Source: Reclinomonas americana ATCC 50394 (lineage: Eukaryota). From it: 61,789 bases of DNA. The notes under the pieces were generated by a model that had not been told where the DNA came from, made no database searches, and saw only the letters and a list, made by a program, of their open reading frames with translations. A program made the translations under genes and the position numbers. The stretch spans positions 102,027-163,815 of the forward strand of contig PS015055.1 of NCBI GenBank assembly GCA_048213135.1. Direction: 5' to 3'. Each line of letters begins with the position of its first letter. Positions within the stretch are counted from its first letter, which is position 1. Of this stretch, positions 36,392 to 51,036 are shown piece after piece.

Positions 36392-38477
36392 TCAGTTGAT
36401 GCCAAAGCGGTGCGCCACGATCACGTCGAACATTTCCTTGTTAGGAATCACAAGGCCTGCATGAAGGATATTCAGAGGCACAATCAAACCGTCTCTCATC
36501 CTCTCTGCACGCAACTCTTGCCGTCCTCGCTGACGGTGAAACCACCAAGATACTGGAAGAAGGTGGCCATGTCGCCAAAGTCGCCACCAAGAACGTCCTC
36601 GCTCGTCATCCGTGCATTCGCTTTCGCCGGCACCGGCGAGAGCAGATGCTGGCTCATGGCCGCCAAAACGTTCTCGTTGAAACGGGTCATCATGTGCAGG
36701 TCTCGCTTGGTAAGAGGAGCTTGCAGGCCCACTGTCATTCGCAAGTGTACAGCAATATCCGGTCGGTCTGCCGTCGTGCACGCATGCTGCAAAAAATAAA
36801 TGAACGGATCGTCAGAAGACAGCTGCGGGAGCTGCTGGAACACAGTGTCGACACACACCGACAAGTACTCTGCAACCTCGCCGCTGCAGTACACCGGGAC
36901 AGCGGCTGTCGATGACCCCACGCCGAAGCGAAAGCCAAAGTTCCTCGCCAAAAACTTCTTGTGCGTCTCCACCTCATCGTCCCTGAAGTTTCTTGACGGC
37001 TTCGAAAAGATGGCGTTGCCGTACATGCGAATTTTGTGCATAGTGTATGCGTTGATGTGCGACAACACGAGATCGAGCTCCTCCGTCGTCACCCCGCACA
37101 TGGTCTGCATCTGCTCGTCGTTCGTCCAGTCTTGCCACAGGCTGTGGGCGAAATGGTCGCCCAAGTCGTTGACCAACAGCGGAGTCCTCCTGCATGCGCA
37201 TACCCAGTGAATGCGCGGACGGCAGGCGACATCGATACACGAGTGCAAAGTAGGCAGGAGCGCACCCGGTGAACATCATAAAGCTGACTGCGCCCTCCTG
37301 GTAGGCGTTCTGAATCGCGGCGAAGAAATCGACAACTCCGGACTCGCGCAGCATCTTCGACGCACGTTCCGCAACACCATCGACACGACAAGCACGCGAC
37401 TCGATCGTGGCCTCCCAGATCTCCCGCTCCACGCGTCTTGTGCACAAGTCATCCAAGCCGTCGATTAGCACGACCAACTGCACATGCATGTGAACCAAAT
37501 GATGACTGATGTGCACATGCGCATCATCAGCCTTACAAAACCTTGCGGTCTACGCGCTTCACGGCGGCGATAATTTCCGAAAACAGCGAGAGCGCATCGA
37601 CATCTTCCTCGGGACACCGCAGTTGAAGCTCTGGGTAGGTCAAGCAAAAGTCGGAGAGGCCGCCGCAAATGGTCGCCGACGCACCCGCCGTCACGTTTTC
37701 GTACAGCGGCTCTGCAAAGTTGACGTGGGGCTTGTCACGGTCGGGAATGCCGATACGCAACACGTAGTGTTGGCACGGAAGGTTGTTGGGGTGCACGTGA
37801 GACATGAAGTCCAGGATTTGGAGATTCTGAGAGAGCAGTCGAATGAACACATTGTTCGCACGCACACGCACAACGCACACATGCAGCTCACCGCAAACAA
37901 ATTCTCGAACGTGCTCGATTTCTCTGACGTCTGACGCGTCGACGGCGCAAGCAAGCGTTCGTGCAGTGCCGACACGGCACTGTTCAACACATCGTGCGGC
38001 TTCGAATCCGTGCATTCCAGGCGCTTGCGATCGTCGTTGGTGAGAGCACCACGAATGTTGTGGTACGTGGCCAGCGTTTCGACAAGCATGCTCTTGCCAA
38101 ACCCGCGTGGACGCCAGAACAGAACAGGCGCCACGCGCTCTGGCTGGAGCCACGGCAAGAGCAGCGCGGATTTGTCCACGTAGCAGTACCAGTCGCGACT
38201 CATGCGGATGCTCTTGAAGGAGAGTGGACACCAGGCGACCAAGAAGCCTGATGAAAAGAACAGTGGGCGGTTGGCCTGTCTCTCTCACTCGTGCCTCTGC
38301 ACATCAACAATCGAGCACAGACCTCCTTCGACCGATGCACGAGTCGACAAGGCTGCGAGTGCGGGGAGCAGAGAGTGTGAAACGACGACAATGATGGGGA
38401 GCGAGTGGGGCGCGCGACTCACACTGACCTCGGCCCACTGCAGTGCGCGTCGCCATCGTGGTGCACGCGCGCAACAT
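36392..38477 (-). CDS. AAA-ATPase-like domain protein (PF09820-type) with putative mitochondrial presequence
   Basis: Motifs SFKSIR...YVDKS...FWRPRGFGKSML (family Walker A, typically RPRRFGKS), LVVLIDGLD, FMMFTGC, MCGVTTEEL, GFRF, FQYLGGFT and LVIPNKEM. Stop at 36392. Confidence 0.78.
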
Positions 38478-38866
38478 TTTGCGTTTGAGAAAGTTTTTAC
38501 ACAAGAAACGTCCGACGGTGTCCTTCGCTCTCACGACTCACAACCGTCGTCCTTTTCCCGACTCAAGATCACAGTCCGCACAGATCTCTCAGCCAGTAAC
38601 CGAGGCAGAATGCCTTCTCCGAGTGAAGGCAACAGAACGCACTCGTCATTGATTTCTCTCCTCTGATCGTCGACGTCTTCACCACTCGCCAGTGATCGCA
38701 CGCTAAATGCGTCTTGTGCTAATCATCAGGAGTAACTGACCCGTGCAGCACCCACGTCCACCTCTCAGTCAATCCCAACAACCTCAACATCCATCACAGT
38801 TGTCGTCCGTCTCACACACATGCATCAGCTCGTCTCCAGTCCATGACCCACACATACAGACACATG

Positions 38867-39371
<505 letters not shown>

Positions 39372-39443
39372 AACGCGACAAAAGCGCCAGACAATCGCTC
39401 GCGGATCATTTGCGCGCGAATTCAAACTAACTGCCACGCTGCG

Positions 39444-42400
39444 ATGTCAGTGGGCCAGGTGTACGACACCGAGTTCGTGGACGAGAATGGGTGCGTCTCT
39501 TCTCTCCCACCCTCTCCCCTCTCCCCTCTCCCCACGTCTCTCACTCTCTCTATCGCTCGCAGCATCACCCGCATCGGCCAGCTCACCGAGATCTGGAACG
39601 CGGACGGTACCAGCGAAGAGCACATCAAAGACAAGGCCGACGGGCTCCTCCTCTGCGTTCGCCTGTACGATGCCAAGGGCAATCATCGTTGCGCATCGAT
39701 CGCACACGATCACAGATGATGAGATCGCTCACCCCTTGATCTTCACACACGCAGACTCGACGCGCTTCTCTCACACTGCCGCGCGTGCTGTCGCTCCCGG
39801 CACCTCAGCAGTCACCGCGCAAGCCGGCTCGTTGGCTCGATCGCGCATGCCACCTGTACCACGATCGTCGTCGCGATCGCTCGCGCGATCGTCCGTGTCC
39901 AACTCACCACTCGCGCCTCGCACATCTTCTTCGTCGTCGTCGGCAACAACGGCCGCGCGACGCTTGCTGAGTCGCGAGCGATCGCGGTCGCCGTCGTCTG
40001 AGGGCGAGCGTGCGCCAGAGTCGAAGCTGGGCAGTGAGATGCGTCGGTTGACTCGCGGCAAGCGGGTGCCGCAATCGACGCCACCACCGACGCCTCCTTC
40101 CTCGGCTCAACAACAACCGGCACAGTCTGGCGCGGTGCAATCATCACGCGATGCGTCGCCGGAGCCGTCCACGAGAATGGCGCGGGAGATGCGGCGAGTG
40201 CGGCAGTCGGGGTCGGCATCGAGCGGCACCGGCGGCATGCCACCACGACCGCAGCGTATGGCGTCGCGCGTGAGCAGCTCGCAGGATGGCGGCGTGGGCG
40301 TGTCGTTTGCGGAGGCAGATGGCGAACCACTGCCATCGACGTTGATGGCGTCGGCCGGGGTGCAGCCGCCCGTCACTATGCAAGATTTGCAAGAGTCGCC
40401 CGTCTCGGTGCCGGCGGCGCCGTCGTCGGTGGGTTCGGCGCGTCGCCTGTCGATTGGCTCGATGGAGCACGTGGAGGCGCACGAACTCACCGATCCCGAC
40501 GCCGCCTCCATGTACGGCTCACAGGGGGGCCTTCGTGCCGACGATCTCGGCGATGGCGGCCCGTCGTTCACGAATCGTAACGTGCCACTCGGCGTCTCGG
40601 CGAATCACCCGTATGCCACCAACTTGACGGTGCGCAATCTGCACCAGCTGCAGGCCACATTCCGTATGTTCGACACGGATTCGTCGGGTCAAATCGATGC
40701 CACGGAGCTGTCGGCTGTCTTCCGTGCGTACGGCATGGACATGTCCCCGGAGGCGGTGCGGTCGCACATTCAGGACTTTGATCGCAATGGCGACGGGCAG
40801 ATTGACTTTGATGAGTTTGTGGCGCTCATGAACGAGACTCTGCAACTCAATCCAGAGACTCTGGTGAGTTTTTCTTCTCTCTCGCCTTCTCTCACTCTCT
40901 CCTCCGTTGATGGTACTCATGGACCGTGCATGCGTGTGCTCCAGGCGCTGCGTCTGGTCCAATTCTTCCACGAGGTCGACACGGATCACAGCGGCTCGCT
41001 CAGCGTCAGTGAAATCCTTTACGCAGTGCGCACTCTCACCGGGCGGCGCGACTGTGTCACCGAACAGGAGGTTGTCGATTTGGTGAAGGCCATGGATGTC
41101 GACGGCTCCAACGAGGTCGATCAGACCGAGTTTGTCGAGTACCTCATGTGTGCCGAGGATCCACTGTCGGCTCGCATTCTCGATGTTGCGCGATTGCGGA
41201 AAGGGGGAAGGAAGTCATGCAGTTGCTGATCGAGTGCTGTTGCGCAGGCGCTTGTGCCGTCGCCAGTGGAGGCCTTGCGTGCCTTCCTCGGCCTCCCGTC
41301 CGGTTACCGCGAGTCGACGCTGGCGTCGCTCGAGTCGCGCTCCATGAACACGCTGGGTGATCTTTTCCGCCCTCGGTTGGACGAGTGTCGCCTGTTTATC
41401 GATACTGCCACTGTGGATTGCACCAGCCGTCAAGTTACGTCCATCGCTGCTGGTGCCAGAATCTTGCGTTATTTTATTGTTGACAAGCTGTGCAGCTGGT
41501 GGAGAATCCCGGAGAGTCGATGCGCTTCTCCATTCTGATGGCGCGTGGCGTGCCCAAGCCCGACGTCAACACACGAGTACTCTCCCGCCGTGCACGCTTG
41601 TGTCTGTACGACGGCGAGCGTTTCCTCGGCAACTGGTGGACTTTGAATGCGCAGTGGAACCCTGATTTGGAGGACGAGTGGTCGTTCAACACCAAGGTTC
41701 TCCTCGTCTTCTTCTGAAGGAAGAGTCCTCGTTCCTCTCTGTCTCATCGTATCACCAGGCGGACGACAACAACCTGCTGCTGCGCATTCCGTACGGCACC
41801 ACGACCAATCGCCTTTACTTGGTCATCGAGCTCACCATTGTCGCTCAACGACTGAAACCGAACCGCGCTAACCAAGCACCGGCGCCGCCGGCAACAGCAG
41901 CAGCAGCGGCGGCAGGGGCTCCACTTGACTTGCCCGACACCTCGACGGCCGCTGGTGAGAGGCGCTGGAGTATGTATGCTCGCCGTGCCACCACTGGTCT
42001 CTCACTGTGCGTGAATGTGCGCAGGAGGTCGTGTGACAGAAATGTGCTGCGGGTTCAGCATGCTGGATCTGGGCACGCCGGGTGAACCCGTGCAGCCAAC
42101 GCAACACACGTTGCGGTTCCTTGGCGGCACCATTGCGAGCCCCATGCCCATTCGACAGCACGAGATCTTGGGTGTGTTTTCTTTTCGAACTTCTCCCTCT
42201 CTGCGACCCATAGCACTCACTGTGCGGTGTGTCAGCGCGGCGTACTGGATTCCGGCGATTCGGCAAGTGGGTCAAGGGCCTGTTCTCTGACACTGTGGTG
42301 AGGCCCGAAATCGATGTTCAGTTGGAGACGCTCTCACTGGCGAGGAGAACAAAGCACCGGTGTGACTTGTCGTCGTTTTACCTCAACCGTTCAAGCAACT

Positions 42401-43270
42401 CTGCTCACTGCCTGCTTGCCAGTACGCTTCCGAGCGCTATGATTGTACCCTACAAGTACCATCGAGCACTGCATGCGTTCCAGGATCTGTGTGCCGAGGT
42501 CGTGCTGCGAAGAGTTTCGTTGAATTGGTTTCTGCCGTGGTCGCGTGAACGCCATGATCTCATCAAGATTGTTTTCTCGCATCGCAGGCACTCGACGATC
42601 CACCGCCTCCCACGCAAGCCAATGCCGTCCTTACATGGTTCCCGTATCTGCTCAACTGTGCCGACATCCGACAGCATCTCATTACACTGCTCGACGAACG
42701 CTACAATTCCACACCGAGATCGCTGAAGGTGCTCTCACTCTCGTCCACAGCCACTGCTGGCTGTTGTCGATTGCGCTCACACAACCAACACAGCAAAAGA
42801 AGCCGTGGCGGATTTCGTGGTTGTCCAAGGGCGTGCACCAGCTGTATCCGCTGCTGCGTTCTATCAAGCTGCCGAAGCGCGACTTGTCGCAGCCGACAGT
42901 GCAGACGGTGATTTTCGCGTCTCCTCGCCAACCTTTTCTTCTTCTTTCTTCTTCTCTCTCGCTGACCGGTGACATGTGTGTGTGTGTGTGCTCACAGGAT
43001 CGACAAAACCTGATCACGGCATTCTGCAGTGTGATGGATCCGCAGGCACCCTACAAGAAGCCACCCATTGGCTTCTCGCCGAACCTTGCGGCGTCTCGCA
43101 GCGCTGCCAATCGCAGTCAGGCGCTGCAGACGGGCGATATCCACATGTTTGAGCCGTTCGATGTGCGCGAAACAGTGTGCCATCTGACTCGCGGCCACAC
43201 GTGGTCGTCGGAGTTGTTCTTGGGCGAAGAGCACTTGAAACGAGCGTCGGCAATGCCGGGCGGCAAGTGA
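39444..43270 (+). CDS. EF-hand (x4) plus nephrocystin-1 (NPHP1) C-terminal homology domain protein
   Basis: EF loops DTDSSGQIDATE, DRNGDGQIDFDE, DTDHSGSLSVSE and DVDGSNEVDQTE. The downstream motifs RVLSRRARLCLYDGERFLGNWWTLNAQW...WSF, LVIEL, EMCCGF, STLPSAMI and FEPFDVRE match NPHP1 ([46 protein letters not shown]). Confidence 0.8.
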
Positions 43271-43772
43271 ATCTGCGACATNNNNNNNNNNNNNNNNNNN
43301 NNNNNNNNNNNNNNNNNNNNNNNNNNNNNNNNNNNNNNNNNNNNNNNNNNNNNNNNNNNNNNNNNNNNNNNNNNNNNNNNNNNNNNNNNNNNNNNNNNNN
43401 NNNNNNNNNNNNNNNNNNNNNNNNNNNNNNNNNNNNNNNNNNNNNNNNNNNNNNNNNNNNNNNNNNNNNNNNNNNNNNNNNNNNNNNNNNNNNNNNNNNN
43501 NNNNNNNNNNNNNNNNNNNNNNNNNNNNNNNNNNNNNNNNNNNNNNNNNNNNNNNNNNNNNNNNNNNNNNNNNNNNNNNNNNNNNNNNNNNNNNNNNNNN
43601 NNNNNNNNNNNNNNNNNNNNNNNNNNNNNNNNNNNNNNNNNNNNNNNNNNNNNNNNNNNNNNNNNNNNNNNNNNNNNNNNNNNNNNNNNNNNNNNNNNNN
43701 NNNNNNNNNNNNNNNNNNNNNNNNNNNNNNNACATACAGTGCAGGAGGTAAAGAAAGGAAACAAAGCACATT

Positions 43773-46700
43773 TCACTCCGCCGATGTGGTGAGCCAGTCC
43801 AGTCGAAGGGCCGGCACACCTTTTATGGGTGGTGGTCGCACGCCGCTGCCACCATCACCAAGGCTGTTCTCGTCGTCGTCGTCGTCGTCGCTGTCATAGT
43901 TATCAAGAATGCCTTCGTCGGCACGTCGCGGCATGGAGTTCGCCGCGCCGTTGGCGGCCGACTTGACGTGATGACCATTGCCTTGATGTGACGCTCGTGG
44001 TGGCTGCGACGGAGGTGGGGGCGGGGGCGGCGGCGGCGGTGGTGCATGCTGCGGGCGAGGTGGTGGCGGAGTAATCGACAAGCTGCCCGGCCGTCCGAAT
44101 TGTGGACTCGGCGAGAAGCGCGAGGAGTCGTCGTCAGCCATGGCGAGACTCATGACCTCCTCCCCGTATCCGGGAGACGGCAAGCGCAGGAACTCGGGGG
44201 AGGCACTTGGCGCGAGGTTTGCCTGCTCCAACATCGATCGCTGCTCGCTGAGCAGCGATGCCAGTGCCTGCAAATCCTCCTCCATTCGTGCAATCACAGT
44301 GGCATGTTCTTGCCGCTGTTGCTCCAATGAGGTCTGCGAAGAGACACCGACAGGAATCTTGAGCCGTTCATCAATGTGCTCCCACGCTCACACCACACGG
44401 CTTCGCACCTCCAATTCAACAATTCGTGCACGCTCTCCAGCCAGTTTGCTCGCCAGCAGACGGATGAGGTGCTGCTGGCTCTGCATGGTGTCGGCCGCCG
44501 TGGCACCACTCGGGCCGCTCTCACTCTCGGGATCCTACACATAATGTCAGTGAGAGGAGGTGATGGGAGAGAGAGAGTGAGACGGGCACGACGCTCACCA
44601 TCAGTTGCCGTGACTGTACAAACGGCAACGACTTGGTCTCCTGTTCGGTCAGCGGCAAATCAAATGCCTCGGTGTCGAGTCTGCAGCAACAATGTGACGC
44701 GGTGAGGAGCGGCAAGCAACATGACCGCAGGAGAAGAGGACTTTGACTCACGGAGACACTGACGGCGATCGGAACAGCTGAATGCGAAGTGTTCTCTCGT
44801 GGCTCTTGTTGGGTGCCTGCAAGCAGCGGCACGGTGAATGTGAGTGTTGTGTTGGGAGACATGCACGCAAAGCAAGCACATGAGCGACTCACCGAGCTGT
44901 CTTCCACACGCACACGCACGTGCGACTGAAATTCCTCGGCTGTCTTGAGGGCCAGCTTCTGCCAGTGTTCCACGTCGGCCTTTAGCTTTTGCACAAGCGC
45001 CGATTCAGTCTCTCCTGCTGGTGCCTGCGCGCCGGCACCACTGATGCTGTTTCTCCTGCTGCTGCTCTTCAACTCCTCCATCTCCACGGTCTTTTGTTGG
45101 TTGACACTTCGCAGGTCGTGATTTTCCGCCGTCAACTCCGCCAACTGCGCCTCCAGCCGCTCACGCGCCCGCCGTTCTTCCTCCACCAGTGCTTGCAATC
45201 GTTGCATGTTGCCCGTCGCGGAGGCAGAGGCCTACGGTGATTGAACGAAAGAGAAGATTAGTAACAGCGAGGAGTGGGATGATCCGTGCTCCGTCCACAT
45301 CCCCACTCATCACCTGATCGCTGTCGGTGCGCATCATGGGTGCCAGACTGCGCACCAGTTCCTCCCGCTGTCTCCGCTCAATGTCAAGCTGCGACTCGAG
45401 TCTCAACAATTGATCAGTCAGCTCGGCATTTGCGTGTACTGCGTCGGGTGGACGAGGTGAGATGACGAGGCAGGAAGAGAAACAAAAGGAAGAGGAGGAG
45501 AACCTTCGCCCTTGTACTGTTCGGTGACTTGCCGCAGGCTCTCTTGCAGCTTGAACATAATGGAGCTGCCTTCGGATTTGAATCTATGAATCGCCTCCTG
45601 TGTAGGTGTGCATACCGTCAGCTCAGCGGTCCAAGCGCGCACTGCGACGCGGACAAGGAACGCACCTGCGCTCGTTTCCGCTCCGCCTGCTCACTGCTCA
45701 CTCGGTGATCCATCTCGTGCACCAGTTGATGCATTTGTGCTGCATTCCATCGGTGATCAGCAAGCGACGATGCGAAGAATGAAAGCTCACCGTCACACAC
45801 GCACCTTCTCGCTTCAGACGACTCTCGCGCTCCTCCTTCCTTCTCCGCAGCAACTCCTTCAGGCTGCCCAGCAGCGTGTTGCTCTCCTTCCGATGCAGCG
45901 AGGCCATGGCGGCGAGTTCTTCGTCGACGGCACGAACGGCACGAAGACGCTCCACAAACGCGTGGGCGAATACCACATCCTCCTGTTCCAATTCCGCAAG
46001 CAGCTGCGCCACGGTGCCTTCTCCATCCTCTGACACGGACGGCAGCGCCGCCGCCGCAGCCGCCGCCGAAAGGCCACCGACCGGAGTCTCGGACAAACGG
46101 TGGGGGGTGACGGTTCGTGATGACGCGCGGGACGTGGCCTTGCCGGGACTTGGCGTACGCGGAGGTCGCCGCACGGGCGATCTCGACGAATTCGACAACC
46201 ATGGCTTGCTATAGGAGCGCGATCGCGGAGACCGCGACGCCGCATTCGACGTTGGTGTGCTGGCAGCAGCGCCATTCGCGCCCTGCCCACTGTAACCCTT
46301 GCCACGCTTGGGCGGCAGCGGCGCAGGAGGTGGTGGTGGTATGGAGCTACCGCCACTCGAGGAAGGCGGAAGAGGAGTCCCATTGGCGGCCGCCATGACA
46401 CCGGCCGACGACAGAAACGCACTAAACTCCTGCAACTCGTTCAGCAACGAGTCGGCGTCGCTCAATCCCAAACCACTATCCATCGACGCCGGCCGCCGCT
46501 GCGTTTCGGCGACCGACAGGGACGAGGAGGGCATGGTGGAGACGGCGCCGCCGCCGCTAACCGCCGTGATAATGGCTCCGTATTGAGAGGGCGACGACTG
46601 GAAGTGCAGCGGAGAGCCCTGTAATGAGGCCGACGATACTCCCAGCGGCGACGGGTGTCGTTGTCGCTGTACCACCGACTGGTACGGCTGCGTGCGGGCA

Positions 46701-49151
46701 CTGTAGGACGACACTGCGTTCGCCGCCGCCATTTGCCGCGGTGACAGCTGCTGCGGCGGACCAGGTGATGCCTGTTTCGACAAGCGCAGCTCGTATTCCA
46801 GCTCACGTTCCCGCTGCTCCAGCACCGTCGGCATGCTGGCTCCCAACTGGTACTGATGATGATCATACGCCGAGCCGTTCCACGCCTGCACTCCAGGCGA
46901 TGGCATCGTGGCGGACAGCGCACCAAGGGAGAGTGCAGGTACGACGGGTGACGCGGCAGCACTCATGGGAGCGACTGGCGGTGACGCAGTTCGTGCGGCC
47001 AGGCGCGCACGAATGATATCCCGCGGCGACTGCAGTGGTCTGTTCAACTCACTCGCAGTGGTCTCGGCCGGCGACGACATGACCACGGGGTAGATGCCGA
47101 CGGAGGAACCACCCGCAAAAGGAATCGGAGACACCAGGCCGACCGTGTATGGTGACGGTGCGACAGAGGCGGTGGCGGTGGTGGCGGTGGTGGCGGTGGT
47201 GGGAAGGATGGCAGGTGAGGTGCCACGACGAGAGGAGACGATTGGGGAGGCGGAGGCGTCTGTGTAACGTAGGAAAGGGAGTGAGTGAGAGGAGAGGGAG
47301 GGAAGGGTCGAGGGCGGCAGAGAACAGATGGAAGGAATGAGGAAGAGTGAGGGAGAGAGCGATCTCCCTGAGATCTGAAGCGAACAATCAATGCAGTCAT
47401 CCTGAAACAGCGCCTCAGACGATGGTGAGAGAGAGGTGAGTGCGGACTAGAACACACAGGAAAGACAAAGAGCGATGGAAGGCACGAAGAAGTGGGAGGA
47501 AGAACAATCTCTATCAGTTGCGAAACGAACGGCCAAGTTGGACGGTCATGCGAGACAGCGACAAGTAAATAGTGAGCAGAGAGGAGAGACAAAGGGCGAA
47601 CAAGAACGCCCGGATGAAAAATGCGAGGAATGAGGACGAGGGAGGGGAAGAGAGATCGACCAAGTCGACGAGCGAGAGAGAGAGAGAGAGAGAGAGGTGG
47701 AGGGAGTGAGAGCGTAGAGGAGGAGAGAACGGAAGAACAGTAGTGACGAGGAACGAAAAGGGAAAGGGTAGTTTGGTAGGAAGGGAAGGTGGGTCGTGGT
47801 CGTTANNNNNNNNNNNNNNNNNNNNNNNNNNNNNNNNNNNNNNNNNNNNNNNNNNNNNNNNNNNNNNNNNNNNNNNNNNNNNNNNNNNNNNNNNNNNNNN
47901 NNNNNNNNNNNNNNNNNNNNNNNNNNNNNNNNNNNNNNNNNNNNNNNNNNNNNNNNNNNNNNNNNNNNNNNNNNNNNNNNNNNNNNNNNNNNNNNNNNNN
48001 NNNNNNNNNNNNNNNNNNNNNNNNNNNNNNNNNNNNNNNNNNNNNNNNNNNNNNNNNNNNNNNNNNNNNNNNNNNNNNNNNNNNNNNNNNNNNNNNNNNN
48101 NNNNNNNNNNNNNNNNNNNNNNNNNNNNNNNNNNNNNNNNNNNNNNNNNNNNNNNNNNNNNNNNNNNNNNNNNCCGGAGTAAAAGTAAAAAGTAGGACGG
48201 GAAAGGAAGTAGGAAGGGAACGGGAAGGGGGAAGGGGAAGGAGAAGAGTACCGAACAGTACGACGAGACGAGAGAGAGAGAGAGAGAGAGAGGTGAGGGA
48301 GTGAGAGCTGAGAGGAGAGACGAAGGAACATAGTGCAGGCAAAGAAAAGGGGATTTGTGAGGAAGTGGGAGGAAGAGCGATCTCCATCAGTTGCGAATCG
48401 AACAGCCAAGTTGGACGGTCATGAGACAGCGACCCGAAGACAGTGAGAGAGTGCGAGAGATGAGAGGAAGAGAACAAAGGGCAGGGAGAACAACACAGAG
48501 GGAAGAGAGAGGACAAGAATGACCGATACGATTGACAGCACAAGAGTGAGACAGCACAGACCACTACTCTCACTTCCTCTCCACCAATCACCTCACGCCC
48601 CCCGCCACTCACCAACACCCGCAATCGACGCCCTCTGCTGCTCCCACGCCGGTCCCTGTCGCATCACCGGCACATCGGCCCACATCGACTCTGCCGGTGT
48701 TGTTGAGCGACTGCCGGCACCCGACAGCGATCCTCCATTGATCACAGCAGGCGCGTCGTGCACGTGACCAGAACCTCCATTGGCGACTGTGATAGGAGAG
48801 TGAGAGAGGGCCCTCATTTTGAAAAAGTGCTCGAACATCATTCAATGCTTGATTGTGTGAGAGTGTGAGAGTGATGGGGAGAGAGAGTGAGAGAGAGTGA
48901 GAGTGCGTGTGTGTGTGCGTTAGTTTGAGAGTGTGTGCGTGAGTGTGAGAGTGTGCGTCAGCGTGCAACTTACTGTATCTCACTCTCACTCTCTCTTTCT
49001 CACTTCTCTCTCTCTCCTTCTCTCTCTCACTCTCACACTCCACCCCCCACACACACACTCACACAGAACACACACCTTCCTGTGAGCGCAGAGATTGCGC
49101 AAGTGCCAACAGTCGTCTCTTGCGCTCCTCAAACGAAGGAGTCGCGCTCAT
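43773..49151 (-). CDS. Large low-complexity / coiled-coil / proline-rich protein of unknown function
   Basis: MSATPSFEERKRRLL... splices through exons at ~48.8 kb, 47.1-45.8 kb and 45.6-43.8 kb. Heptad-rich segments include LQALVEEERRARERLEAQLAELTAEN, and there are poly-Pro tracts. Confidence 0.6.
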
Positions 49152-49424
49152 CACCGCGCACTCTCTCACTCACTCTCACACACTCTCACACTGTAGCACA
49201 CTCAACAGCACGATGACACAATGACTTCGTTCAAAGGGAGCGACCCAACGGACAGAGCGAGTGCTGTCCGCTACTGTCCCTCGTCCCAAAACTTCTATCT
49301 CTCTTTCCCTCCCACTCACAGATCGCACTGCACCGTGTCCAACACGTGCACACCCGGCAACCAATCAAGAGAACGCCCCCCTTGCTGCTGCATATTAACT
49401 CTTTTCGCGCGCTTTTTTTCTCGG

Positions 49425-49587
49425 ATGCTGGATCGTCGGCCACCACCACGACGCGTGTTCTTTGTGCTTGTGCTGCTCGCCGTGTGCCTCTTGTGGTTCG
49501 CGAACAATGTGCGCATGAGGTGGAGTGAAGCCAATGTGGCCAAGGAAGAGAGTGGTGAGTGGAGCACAGGGAAGGAGTGATCCATTT

Positions 49588-49674
<87 letters not shown>

Positions 49675-51005
49675 CCCTCACACTCTCACTTACTCGCTCA
49701 CTCAGTGCTGGAGTCTCTTGATCGCATGCTGTCGCAGTTTCCCGTTGGTCAGCCGCTGCTTATCACTGACGCCAGGTGCTGCTGTGATCGCCCCCCCTCC
49801 CTCTCTCTCTCTCTGTCGACTGAGCCATCACTCATGCTGTTTGCATTACCAGTGGCGGCTTTGGCGATTTCGTGGACAACTGGTCAGCGAACCTGCTCAC
49901 TCTGTCTGAGCAATTACCAGTCCCTTTCTCACACATAGAGAGCAGGATGTGCAGCTTGTTGCGACACGGACTGCATGAGCGATTCGGAGTGGTGATGATG
50001 GTGTGGAGTGCGCAGTTTGCACGCGATCTGCACGCCATGTACGCGGTGCCTGGACGCGTGGCGGTCTTCTATCATGCGGATACACTGACGCTTGATCCGT
50101 ACAAGTCGTTCCGCTTTGGCAGCGATGAGTACATGCGCGCGAATAAGGCGCGGCAACCGTTGTTGCTGCATGTGGTGCGTTTTTCCTGCGTTGTCTTGTT
50201 TTTCCGACGTCTTTCTCTGCTGACGGCGATGTGCCAGCTGAAGCGCGGCTATCCCATCTTCCACACCGATGCCGACATTACGTTCATGCGTCCGTTTGGC
50301 GACTTCCCCTCGTTTGAGCAGTGCGATATCACGTGGGGTGTCGACGATCCGTACGATGTGCAGACTTTGGCTGATGTGCAGTTTCCGGTGGAACGGCGGC
50401 CACGTTGCGTTGTCATTTGCGCGCGTCTCTTGCTTTCTTTTCCTGTCCTCTTTCGATGAGGGAAGGCTCTCTTGTCGCCATGCTGGTTGACGTGTTTTGC
50501 AGCCTCGAACTGCATGTCACTGTTTCTCTCTTGGTTCACGTCTGGGAGTGTCGTGTCATTATACCTGCCGTCTTGTTCTCGCCCGCACACCTCACTCTCT
50601 GTACGCTGCTTCCTTCGCCACGCCGCATGCTTCTTGCCTCGCGCGACCTGTCTCATAGCTTCCTTCACGAGCACACTCATGTGCCAGTGTGCTCCCGAGC
50701 CACTTTCCACACCGTTGGATTTCTTTCTCCCTCTCTGTCTCTCTGCTCTCGTGCCCCTTTCCACACCTGCATGTCTTGTGCCTTTCACCGTTTTCCTCTC
50801 CTTTTTGCTGTGCCTCTGCTTTTCTCTCTCTCTCTCTCTTTGTGCTCTCGTGCCCCTTTCCACACCTGCATGTCTTGCGCTATTCGTCATCTCTGCATCT
50901 CCGTTTGGATTTCTTTCTCCCTCTCTGTCTCTCTGCTCTCGTGCCCCTTTCCACACTTGCATGTCTTGTGTCTTTCACCGTTGTCCTCTCCTTTTTCTCC
51001 CTCTG

Positions 51006-51036
<31 letters not shown>

